Shown here: positions 28,032-35,705 of the stretch, one piece after another
How the letters are laid out: every line of letters begins with the position of its first letter
How positions within the stretch are numbered: the stretch's first letter is position 1
Assembly (NCBI GenBank): GCA_048941285.1
Contig: JBHLNS010000008.1
Span: forward strand, 30,009-94,008
DNA from: Promethearchaeota archaeon
GTDB taxonomy: Archaea; Asgardarchaeota; Lokiarchaeia; Sigyniarchaeales; SOKP01
Direction: 5' to 3'
DNA length: 64,000 nt
Notes under the pieces: generated by a model
What the model was told of the DNA's origin: nothing
What the model saw: the letters and a program-made list of their open reading frames with translations, nothing else
Database searches by the model: none
Made by a program: the position numbers and the translations under genes

Positions 28032-28148
28032 GAATACAAAGCAATTAGTATTATAAAAAAATCCTGTTTTTTTCTATTTCTACGACACAAATGTATAAAA
28101 ATGATGATGCCCTAAATTAAACCGAAATCAAATGGAGGTTATCATTAT

Positions 28149-28580
28149 ATGAGATTAGAGAAAAAAATTGAGATTAATTCTACTCCTAAAAGGATATATG
28201 ATATTGTAATTGATGGTGAAATTGTAACAAAATGGAACTTAGGGGTTGATGATATACAACCGAAAGAGGAAGGTAAAAATTTTCTGTTAAAAACTAAAGT
28301 TGGAGATATCCTAATTGTTAATTGGGAACAAAAGGAAAATGAATATGTAACTTGGCATATGAAAGATAGTGACATGAATTCTATTGGATATATTCTAAAA
28401 CCAAAAGGAGATATGGTGCATACAACCCTATGGGTTGATTTTGAGAACAAGAAACTCAAAAAGTCTTTTGAGAAAATAGGTGACTTAACATTAAAAAGTT
28501 TAAAGAATTTCATTGATTTTATTGAAGAAGGTGGAAACATAGAAGATTATGATAAGAAACAACTCATGGTAATTCCTTAA
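28149..28580 (+). CDS. SRPBCC-superfamily (START/AHSA1/CoxG-like) small protein
   Basis: 143 aa. The N-terminus RLEKKIEINSTPKRIYDIVIDGEIVTKWN is typical of SRPBCC proteins. A strong GGAGGT sits 9 nt upstream of the ATG. The antisense ORF 28145-28540 was judged spurious. Confidence 0.5.
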   Translation: MRLEKKIEINSTPKRIYDIVIDGEIVTKWNLGVDDIQPKEEGKNFLLKTKVGDILIVNWEQKENEYVTWHMKDSDMNSIGYILKPKGDMVHTTLWVDFENKKLKKSFEKIGDLTLKSLKNFIDFIEEGGNIEDYDKKQLMVIP

Positions 28581-28593
28581 GTTATTCCTAATC

Positions 28594-28605
28594 TTTTTTT
28601 TTTTT
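28594..28605 (+). terminator. T12 tract downstream of the SRPBCC gene
   Basis: Twelve consecutive T, 14 nt after the stop codon. Confidence 0.45.
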
Positions 28606-28634
28606 ATATAAAGGCTGAAAGTCAGCGAGGAAAA

Positions 28635-30047
28635 TTAAAACTTTCCAATAAGATCATGAGGTTGAGTTTCAAGTTGCCCTACTGCTGAAATAATTCCTAA
28701 AGCAGCTTCCTTCATCTCTTGAACAGATTTTGCTCCCGCATATATCATCCCGTTAGCTAATCCTTCTTTTAATGTTGCTAAAACTCCATTTACATCTCCC
28801 ACATAAGGCACATAATTTGAAACTCCCTCTGTTAGCATTTTTGAACCTTCAACATAACGATCTGATATATAACCAAATGTTCTTGCTTCTTTACTTCCCA
28901 TTCCGCGATAGACTTTTACCTTCCTTCCAGCGATAGTGTCAATAAAACCTGGAGATTCATCTGTACCAGCAAAAAAATGTCCAGACATTATCAAATCAGC
29001 CCCAGCAGCAATCGCTTTTGGTAAGTCACCTGGTTTAGTAAAACCTCCGTCTGCAATTAATGATAATTTTGGATTATAATCTTGTATGGCATCAGCTACT
29101 TGCGCTGTAGCAAATAGAGTAGGAGCACCAACTCCAGTTTGTATCGAAGTTGTGCAAATAGACCCAGAGCCCATTCCCACTTTCAATCCAATAAATCTTT
29201 CCTCTACAAAATCACATTTTGTAATCAAATATTCTGCTGCTTGATAAGTTCCAATATTCCCAAGAACAAAATCAGAATTTAAGAGCTTCATAATTTTTGC
29301 TGTACCTTCAATGTCAGCCTTTTTAAAAAAATCAGCAACATCAATAAAGAAAATGTCAACATATTTATCAATTTCTTTTAACATATTCTGAGCTTGTGAG
29401 GATTCTGGAAATCTAGGTGACAATGCTAAAGCACATAATAAATGTCCTTCTTCATCTTTTGAAGCGAGAGGAAATTCTGGAGCTAAATCTTTTTTCGTAA
29501 TCAATCCTTTTAAATACCCATCTTTGTCTATAATTGGCAATTTTTCTTTCCGTGACTCATAAAGAATTTTCAAAGCATCCTCCCTAGAGGCTCCTGGTTT
29601 AATAGAAATGACATTTTTTGTCATATAATCTTTTACAACCCCATTTTGCATATCATGCTCTGAAAAGGGAATATCCCGCTTGGTGAAAATACCACAAACT
29701 TTCTTAGATTCGTTTACTACCACTATACCGCTTATATTATAGTTATCCATCATGTATTTTGCTTTAGCAACTTTGGCATCAGGATTAATAGTAGCTACAT
29801 GTTCATCATCAATTACAAAGGATCTAGCTCTTTTTACAATTCTACACATTTCTAATTGTCTCTCGTAGGAGCAATTACGGTGGAGAACTCCTAATCCCCC
29901 ATGTAATGCCATATTGATCGCCATTAACTCCTCAGTAACAGTGTCCATAGCTGAAGACATTATAGGAAGTGCTAAATGATGATTTCCTAAATTTGAGGAT
30001 AAATCAATTTCTTGAGGCGTGAAATTTGTAAATCCGGGGAGGATCAA
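28635..30047 (-). CDS. guaB: IMP dehydrogenase with CBS-pair insertion
   Basis: Catalytic loop GMGSGSICTT, GVGAPT, IADGGF, and two CBS repeats. IMPDH-like sequence (HSEDIIATFQDV) continues upstream of the predicted TTG start, so the real start is uncertain. Confidence 0.9.
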   Translation of the reverse strand: MILPGFTNFTPQEIDLSSNLGNHHLALPIMSSAMDTVTEELMAINMALHGGLGVLHRNCSYERQLEMCRIVKRARSFVIDDEHVATINPDAKVAKAKYMMDNYNISGIVVVNESKKVCGIFTKRDIPFSEHDMQNGVVKDYMTKNVISIKPGASREDALKILYESRKEKLPIIDKDGYLKGLITKKDLAPEFPLASKDEEGHLLCALALSPRFPESSQAQNMLKEIDKYVDIFFIDVADFFKKADIEGTAKIMKLLNSDFVLGNIGTYQAAEYLITKCDFVEERFIGLKVGMGSGSICTTSIQTGVGAPTLFATAQVADAIQDYNPKLSLIADGGFTKPGDLPKAIAAGADLIMSGHFFAGTDESPGFIDTIAGRKVKVYRGMGSKEARTFGYISDRYVEGSKMLTEGVSNYVPYVGDVNGVLATLKEGLANGMIYAGAKSVQEMKEAALGIISAVGQLETQPHDLIGKF

Positions 30048-30214
30048 TACATCTTGAAATGTAGCAATTATATCTTCTGAATGGACTTTTTTGCGATAAT
30101 TCTCAGTAATTTCTAGTCACCTTCTTGAAAATCAAATATAAATTGATTTCTATTCCTATTAAAACATATATAAATTATATCAGACTTAAAAATTTTAGTA
30201 TTGAATTACTGATT

Positions 30215-30237
30215 AAAAAAAAAGAAAAATTAAAAAA
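30215..30237 (-). terminator. Oligo-T tracts (minus strand) downstream of the ABC operon
   Basis: The plus strand reads A9 gaaaaattaaaaaa immediately below the stop at 30239, which gives T-runs on the coding strand. Confidence 0.4.
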
Positions 30238-30238
30238 T

Positions 30239-31054
30239 TTAGACTGGAATATCTCGTTTATTAAATATTATAATGGATGAAGTTGCCAAACCTATAGAAT
30301 AACCTAAAAGGATTAAAACATGTAACGCTACGTTATCCCAAATATGGTTCACGAGGAGATTAGACATATCTGAATAAAAGAAGATGCTCATACGTTTAAT
30401 CTCTTGAACTCCTTCTGGAAATGATTTCCAAAATTGTCCAACGGCGTAGAAAAATATCACTGCTCCTAATCCTAAAGCTAATGCCTTTTTTGACGATAAG
30501 AAAGTAGAGAAAACGAATCCCGTACTTATTAATGCAACCATAAAAATAAAATTCCATAAAAATGCGAAGAGTATTTCGTTGAAAAAAATATCATTAGCAT
30601 TTACGGAAGGAAATATTAAAATTCCTGAAAGAACGCTCATCATGACAAAATAATATATTATTAAAATTTCAATAATTAGAGATAAATACTTCCCTAAACT
30701 AAGTTCGAAGCGTTTAACGGGTTTTGAGAGTAACATTTCAATTGTTTTATCCTCTATCTCTTTTGGGATGTTCTGTGCAGACTTTAATATAAAATAGATA
30801 CCAAAGTAGAAAAAAGATACTGAAAACAAATAAACGTTAAGAAAACCTCCAAATTCAGCGAGATTATAAAATTCTCCAACAATCTGCTTGATAGCATCGG
30901 GATAACCCTCAAATATTTCCTCCATACCGGCAAATAGCTCAGGATCAAAAAATGTTACAAACCAGATGAAGAAGAGTGACATAATACCTGTATAAATCAA
31001 GAGACTTTTGTAATGATTTTGTAGTTCATTCCAGACAATTTGTATTACTTTCAT
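30239..31054 (-). CDS. ABC-2-type transporter permease
   Basis: 271 aa, six hydrophobic helices. Its start overlaps the stop of the upstream ATPase gene by 4 nt (ATGA). Confidence 0.7.
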   Translation of the reverse strand: MKVIQIVWNELQNHYKSLLIYTGIMSLFFIWFVTFFDPELFAGMEEIFEGYPDAIKQIVGEFYNLAEFGGFLNVYLFSVSFFYFGIYFILKSAQNIPKEIEDKTIEMLLSKPVKRFELSLGKYLSLIIEILIIYYFVMMSVLSGILIFPSVNANDIFFNEILFAFLWNFIFMVALISTGFVFSTFLSSKKALALGLGAVIFFYAVGQFWKSFPEGVQEIKRMSIFFYSDMSNLLVNHIWDNVALHVLILLGYSIGLATSSIIIFNKRDIPV

Positions 31055-32007
31055 GCGATTTCCCCTCCTTTTGATCCACTTTCTTCATAATACTGCAAAA
31101 AAATATTCTCTAGTGTTGAATGTGTAATCGAGAAATCTTTTATAGGCATACCAGCCCAATCTCTTTCACTAATTTCGCATAATATCTTTCGAGTTGAATA
31201 TGGTGGTAATAAAAATTCAAGTTGATTTTGGAAATCATATTTTATTATCGATTCAGGGTACTCTGATCCTAAGAATTTTTTAAATGACTTCTTACTTTCT
31301 GGAGTTTTAAATAACAATTCTATATGTTTCAAATTTTTAGCTTTAAGTTCGTCTACTTCAGATATTTCAGCTATTTTTCCCTTCTTGATAATAGCTACTT
31401 GATCACAGAATTTATCTACTTCAGCGAGAACATGACTACAAAGAAATACAGTGCAATTTGATTCTTTCTGGCGCTCTGATACGATTCGATAAAATTCTGA
31501 CTGCATCAAAGGATCTAACCCCGAAGTAGGTTCATCCATTATTAATAAATCAAATTTACCCATTAATGCTGATAATACACCAACTTTTTGTTTATTACCC
31601 TTACTTAAAACTCCCACCTTTCGATTCATATCTAGTTTAAGACGTTCTGTTATTTCTTTTACAAATTCCCAATCTATATCTATATCATAAAGTTTAGCAA
31701 AATATTTTATCAGTTCATATGCGGTCATATTTTTATATAGTCCCAATTCACCTGGTAAATATCCAATTCGGTTTCGAACCATTATATCCTTTTTTGGATT
31801 GATCTTTTCCCCTAATATTGTAATATCTCCAGCATCAGGATTAAGAAAACCAAGTATACATCGAATCGTGGTAGTTTTTCCTGCTCCATTTGGTCCTAAA
31901 TACCCAAATCGTGATCCTTGGGGCACCTCAAATGAAATGTCGTCAACAGCTTTAACTCTACCGCGATTATAATATTTGATTAAATTTTCAACTTCTATAG
32001 CATTCAT
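31051..32007 (-). CDS. ABC transporter ATP-binding protein
   Basis: Walker A GPNGAGKTT, signature LSKGNKQK, Walker B LLIMDEPTSGLD, H-loop CSHV. Confidence 0.9.
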   Translation of the reverse strand: MNAIEVENLIKYYNRGRVKAVDDISFEVPQGSRFGYLGPNGAGKTTTIRCILGFLNPDAGDITILGEKINPKKDIMVRNRIGYLPGELGLYKNMTAYELIKYFAKLYDIDIDWEFVKEITERLKLDMNRKVGVLSKGNKQKVGVLSALMGKFDLLIMDEPTSGLDPLMQSEFYRIVSERQKESNCTVFLCSHVLAEVDKFCDQVAIIKKGKIAEISEVDELKAKNLKHIELLFKTPESKKSFKKFLGSEYPESIIKYDFQNQLEFLLPPYSTRKILCEISERDWAGMPIKDFSITHSTLENIFLQYYEESGSKGGEIA

Positions 32008-32033
32008 TTTGATTGACCTTAAGTTTTTTATTT

Positions 32034-32105
32034 TTCATGAATAATAAAGAACCCAATAAAATAATATGAAGAATGCATATTTAAATGTTCTTCATCCTTC
32101 ATGAA
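32034..32105. promoter_or_regulatory. Candidate operator cluster between the ABC operon and the wHTH gene pair
   Basis: Palindrome TTCATGAA at 32034-32041 and 32098-32105. Inverted repeat ATGAAGAA (32066-32073), N14, TTCTTCAT (32088-32095). The minus-strand reading of 32078-32095, ATGAAGAACATTTAAATA, nearly matches a motif upstream of the fused paralog at 35662-35678. Confidence 0.45.
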
Positions 32106-32152
32106 AGATAAAAAATTATAAATAGTTTCTTGCACATTAATTATAGTAAGAA

Positions 32153-32671
32153 ATGATAGATGAGGAACTTTTGCTCGAAAATCATAAATTTGAGGGCAAA
32201 ATTAAAGAATATGAACAAATTCTTATTGATTTTGTATTAGATTCAGGAAGAGCAAAAAGTGTTGATCCAAATCTTCAGTTAATTCTTGGATACATTGGAA
32301 TACACAAAAGATTAACTCAAAAACAGTTAAAAGGGCTAACAGGGCTTTCTTCAGGTACAATTTCAAAGAAATTGAGAGATATATTAGCTTTACATGTTGT
32401 AAAAAAAGAAAGTATCCCGAAATCTAATGAATATCTTTATATCAATACCCCTGAAACTTATGGAGACACAGCTGATGCAACTCTAGAAGAATTCATAGAA
32501 ATTAATGAATTTCTTAAAAAAAAAGTTAGTGTGCTTGAGAAACTTAACGATAAAAAAGGAGCTAAATTTCTTTCACATCGAATAAAAGGATTAATAAAGA
32601 CTTTTGATACAGTTCAAAATATCTGGTCTGATATAGAGTTTATTTTTACACAAAAAAAGGATAAAAATTAA
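32153..32671 (+). CDS. Winged-helix transcription regulator, half A of a split pair
   Basis: 172 aa. LILGYIGIHKRLTQKQLKGLTGLSSGTISKKLRDIL is an HTH. It is colinear with the N-terminal half of ORF 35706-36776. Confidence 0.6.
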   Translation: MIDEELLLENHKFEGKIKEYEQILIDFVLDSGRAKSVDPNLQLILGYIGIHKRLTQKQLKGLTGLSSGTISKKLRDILALHVVKKESIPKSNEYLYINTPETYGDTADATLEEFIEINEFLKKKVSVLEKLNDKKGAKFLSHRIKGLIKTFDTVQNIWSDIEFIFTQKKDKN

Positions 32672-32673
32672 AA

Positions 32674-33204
32674 ATGAAATTAGAGGAAATATTTGATCCT
32701 AAAATTATAGAGATTGAAAAGGAGATTATTGATAAACTATTAAATTATACAGTTTTTACTGTTCGGGGTGAAATAACATCAACGATACTCTTCTATTTTA
32801 TAACTCGGAAAGATTTAACACAATCTAAGCTCCGAAAATTGACTGGTTTTTCTGCGGGAAAAATTTCTCAGGAACTTAATAATTTTCTAGAATTTAATTT
32901 AATAAAAATTTCTAAATATTCAAAACCATGGGTTTATTCTATGGATTCTGTAGTGACAGAAACCTTCAGTAGAGCAATTAACCTCTTGAAAGCAAATATT
33001 AAATGGGAGGAGAAATTCCTCGAAATAAAAAAAGATTTGGATAATAATAAAGAAACACTTCAAAAATTAAATGGATACGACAAAGTAAAAGATTTTCTTG
33101 AGATAAATCTAATGAGATTTGCTGGTTTTAAGGTTATAATAAAACTTTGGGAAGATCTTAAAAAAAAATATGAAAATAAATCCCTACCAAATCAGGGGAA
33201 TTAA
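32674..33204 (+). CDS. Winged-helix transcription regulator, half B of a split pair
   Basis: 176 aa. TILFYFITRKDLTQSKLRKLTGFSAGKISQELNNFLEFNLIKI is an HTH. It is colinear with the C-terminal half of ORF 35706-36776 and starts 2 nt after the half-A stop. Confidence 0.6.
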   Translation: MKLEEIFDPKIIEIEKEIIDKLLNYTVFTVRGEITSTILFYFITRKDLTQSKLRKLTGFSAGKISQELNNFLEFNLIKISKYSKPWVYSMDSVVTETFSRAINLLKANIKWEEKFLEIKKDLDNNKETLQKLNGYDKVKDFLEINLMRFAGFKVIIKLWEDLKKKYENKSLPNQGN

Positions 33205-33864
33205 TTTTTTCTTGGTTTTTTGAGCATATTCTGTGTATCCTTCAAGCTCTTCATGTAGCATTCTATCCTCCAAAACGGTACGAATTATTAACCCGGCAAC
33301 TCCAAGCATTGTAGGTATAAGTGAATAAAGAGAACCAAGGGCTAAACAATAAAATACTATAAATAAAACAAATCCAAAATACATTGGATGCCGTACTAAT
33401 CTATAAGGTCCAGTAGTTATTACTTTATGATCTCGATCTTTTTGAATCTCGACTGATTTTGACAAAAAAGTGTTTTCTTTCATTACTAAAAAGATAATTG
33501 CTAATCCTAAAGTCATTCCAATAAACCCAATGATTTCAACCCAGAATGGAATGTATGACCAGCCATACTTTCGTTCAAATCCTGGTATCATAAATGTTGG
33601 AAAAAATCCGAATCCCATTAATATCATGACAATTTTATCCCATTTTTCTGTGAATTTGGGTTTAGCCCTTTTCTGGAGCATTTCAGGGTCGTGTTTATCA
33701 AAATATAAGACTACTGTTGTGAAAAAGATTGAAAATATAATAAGATAGATCCACGTCTCAAGCCAGAAAAATGTTCCCGCTGGGATAAATAAACCTAATC
33801 CTAGGAAGGCGGTAACAATATATACAATTAATAATAATGTTGATTTGGTAATTTTTTTAGGCAT
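33184..33864 (-). CDS. ICMT/PEMT-family membrane methyltransferase (isoprenylcysteine carboxyl methyltransferase-like)
   Basis: 226 aa, multi-pass. Signature GPYRLVRHPMYFGFVLF and C-terminal EDRMLHEELEGYTEYAQKTKKKLIPLIW. Confidence 0.75.
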   Translation of the reverse strand: MPKKITKSTLLLIVYIVTAFLGLGLFIPAGTFFWLETWIYLIIFSIFFTTVVLYFDKHDPEMLQKRAKPKFTEKWDKIVMILMGFGFFPTFMIPGFERKYGWSYIPFWVEIIGFIGMTLGLAIIFLVMKENTFLSKSVEIQKDRDHKVITTGPYRLVRHPMYFGFVLFIVFYCLALGSLYSLIPTMLGVAGLIIRTVLEDRMLHEELEGYTEYAQKTKKKLIPLIW

Positions 33865-33946
33865 AAATAAGATTAATTTTTATCACATTTAACATTATTA
33901 GACATTTTTCTAAAAATAATATTAGATAGCATTCTGTTTTTACTAA

Positions 33947-34171
33947 TACAAAATTATACGACATCCAATATATTTTAGCGCGATTTTTATAATGTTAGGT
34001 AAATATTTAGCTTTTAGATCTATATTTTTATTAATTTGCATGACGATATTGAATATTTCTCTATTGAGAATGTGAATAAAAATAGAAGAAAAAATGTTGA
34101 TCGGGACATTTGGTGTTGAATATAAAGACTACATGAAGAAAAGTAAAAGATTAATTCCATTTATTTATTAA
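33947..34171 (+). pseudogene. C-terminal remnant of a second ICMT-family gene, truncated and interrupted by an in-frame TGA
   Basis: My own translation of one frame: YKIIRHPIYFSAIFIMLGKYLAFRSIFLLICMTILNISLLRM*IKIEEKMLIGTFGVEYKDYMKKSKRLIPFIY*. It contains the RHPxY motif and the EE..L...FG.EY..Y....RLIP tail. The TGA is at 34073-34075. A TAA lies immediately upstream at 33944-33946 and no N-terminal half is present. Confidence 0.6.
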
Positions 34172-34333
34172 TAGGACTATTCTAATTCCCTTTTTTTCTT
34201 TTTTTTTATGTATACGGATATCACGTAAAGATAAATTTCTAGTATATATTAATTAGATAAAATTAGTATAGGACTTCTTAAGTGCAAGATATCTTCAACT
34301 TACTAGAGATCAAATTAAAAATTTAGTAGAAAA

Positions 34334-35638
34334 ATGAGCACTGAAACTGAAATTACTGAGGAAAACGTAATTGATTATCTAATCGAAAAGAGTAAAAGCA
34401 AATTTGGTTTGTTTTCTATTAATTATATTCTAATAAATTGTAAAATTAAAGAATTGTTAGAATTTATTTCCGATTATGGGATTACGGTTCCTGAAAAACC
34501 ATTTATTAGCAGACTTGAATATATAAAGCTTATTTTAACACATTTAACTAATACTTATAACTCAACAGATTGGCAAAAAAGATTTGAGAATCCTTTAGAA
34601 TATTGTGGATATGCTGTAATTAATTCAAAAACATTCAAGAAATATCTATATCATTTAGACTTCATTGCAAAGCAAGATTTGAGTGAAACTTTTGCTGATT
34701 ATTGTGCTGATCACGAAATAACTGTTCATAATACCTCCTATAATTCTATTACACCTAAAATGGATATGTACTTAACAATGAAAAAATCAAAAGTCAAGAC
34801 TGCAGCTGTATTTGTTATGAATGGAGTCAATGTTAATGATAATAGATATCTCGAGGTAAAAGATTCAATTAAGCTAGCTGCTAAGATTGCGAGTTGGAAT
34901 ATTTTTGTAACAACACCCATAGGAGTTCTTAGAATAGGGTTGAGAAATTTAATTTATGATATGAAAAATTTAAATTGTTGGCTTTATGTTGTAGATCCAT
35001 CAAGGAAAATAGTTTATGGTGTTATAAAGGCAAAAAAGAACGATGATTATGATCTTGAAATGCGAAATCAGTTTATTAAAAAACTTCCAAAAGAACCAAT
35101 GAGAGCTCCTTCGCAAGTAATAAAATTATCAGATTATTATTTCGACGAATCTAATTCGTTTGACTCTTATAATTTTAGACTTTTTGATATCTATAATGAC
35201 TTAGAACATAATAAGTTAATGCTTAAAGAATCTAATGCGCCAAAATATTCGGATATTTTCAGAGATTTAATAATAATGGAAAAAACTAGTGGAGCGCCTT
35301 TAATAAACTATGCTAGCGAAAATTTCAAGGAACAGGCATTAGTATCAGGTTTTTTAGCTGCAATGGATTCATTTGTTACTCAAATTGGAGGCTCAAAGAT
35401 GGAAGAGATTAATTATAAAGGTCTTTATGTTCAAGCAAGTTATGGTAAAGATATTGAAATTGTATGTTTTTTATTTAAACCACCAGACTCAAGTTTTAAG
35501 GAAAGGCTTAATTATCTTTCTAATCTTATTGAAGCACTTTATCAAGATCAAATTGATTTATTTAAGAAAACTGGTAATGTTAATTTATTTGATGAAGATG
35601 AGATATTATCAATTACTAAAGAGATCCTTGATATTTAA
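34334..35638 (+). CDS. Protein of unknown function with C-terminal longin-like domain
   Basis: 434 aa. C-terminal ~100 aa: LIIMEKTSGAPLINYAS...ALVSGFLAAMDSFVTQIGG...INYKGLYVQASYGKDIEIVCFLFK...RLNYLSNLIEALY. This is the same motif and predicted secondary-structure order as ORF 15152-15607 and the tail of ORF 56743-61422. Confidence 0.5.
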   Translation: MSTETEITEENVIDYLIEKSKSKFGLFSINYILINCKIKELLEFISDYGITVPEKPFISRLEYIKLILTHLTNTYNSTDWQKRFENPLEYCGYAVINSKTFKKYLYHLDFIAKQDLSETFADYCADHEITVHNTSYNSITPKMDMYLTMKKSKVKTAAVFVMNGVNVNDNRYLEVKDSIKLAAKIASWNIFVTTPIGVLRIGLRNLIYDMKNLNCWLYVVDPSRKIVYGVIKAKKNDDYDLEMRNQFIKKLPKEPMRAPSQVIKLSDYYFDESNSFDSYNFRLFDIYNDLEHNKLMLKESNAPKYSDIFRDLIIMEKTSGAPLINYASENFKEQALVSGFLAAMDSFVTQIGGSKMEEINYKGLYVQASYGKDIEIVCFLFKPPDSSFKERLNYLSNLIEALYQDQIDLFKKTGNVNLFDEDEILSITKEILDI

Positions 35639-35658
35639 AAACTTTCCAAAATTCAAAT

Positions 35659-35678
35659 TTCATGAAAACATTTAAATA
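35659..35678 (+). promoter_or_regulatory. TTCATGAA palindrome plus TATA-like box upstream of the fused wHTH gene
   Basis: TTCATGAAAACATTTAAATA. The TTTAAATA box is centred about 31 nt upstream of the ATG at 35706. The 17-mer ATGAAAACATTTAAATA matches 32078-32095 (minus strand) apart from a 1-nt indel. Confidence 0.45.
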
Positions 35679-35705
35679 AACGTCTAACCTATATTTAATT
35701 AAGAG

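Noticed and set aside
28145-28540. 131-aa minus-strand ORF overlapping the SRPBCC gene
   Set aside because: The plus-strand frame has a strong GGAGGT upstream, a balanced composition and an SRPBCC-like N-terminus. The minus-strand product is F/S/I-rich low-complexity sequence.
34073-34075. In-frame TGA in the ICMT remnant as a selenocysteine or recoding site
   Set aside because: The fragment also lacks its N-terminal two-thirds and any start context, and no SECIS-like structure is evident. Decay is the simpler explanation.
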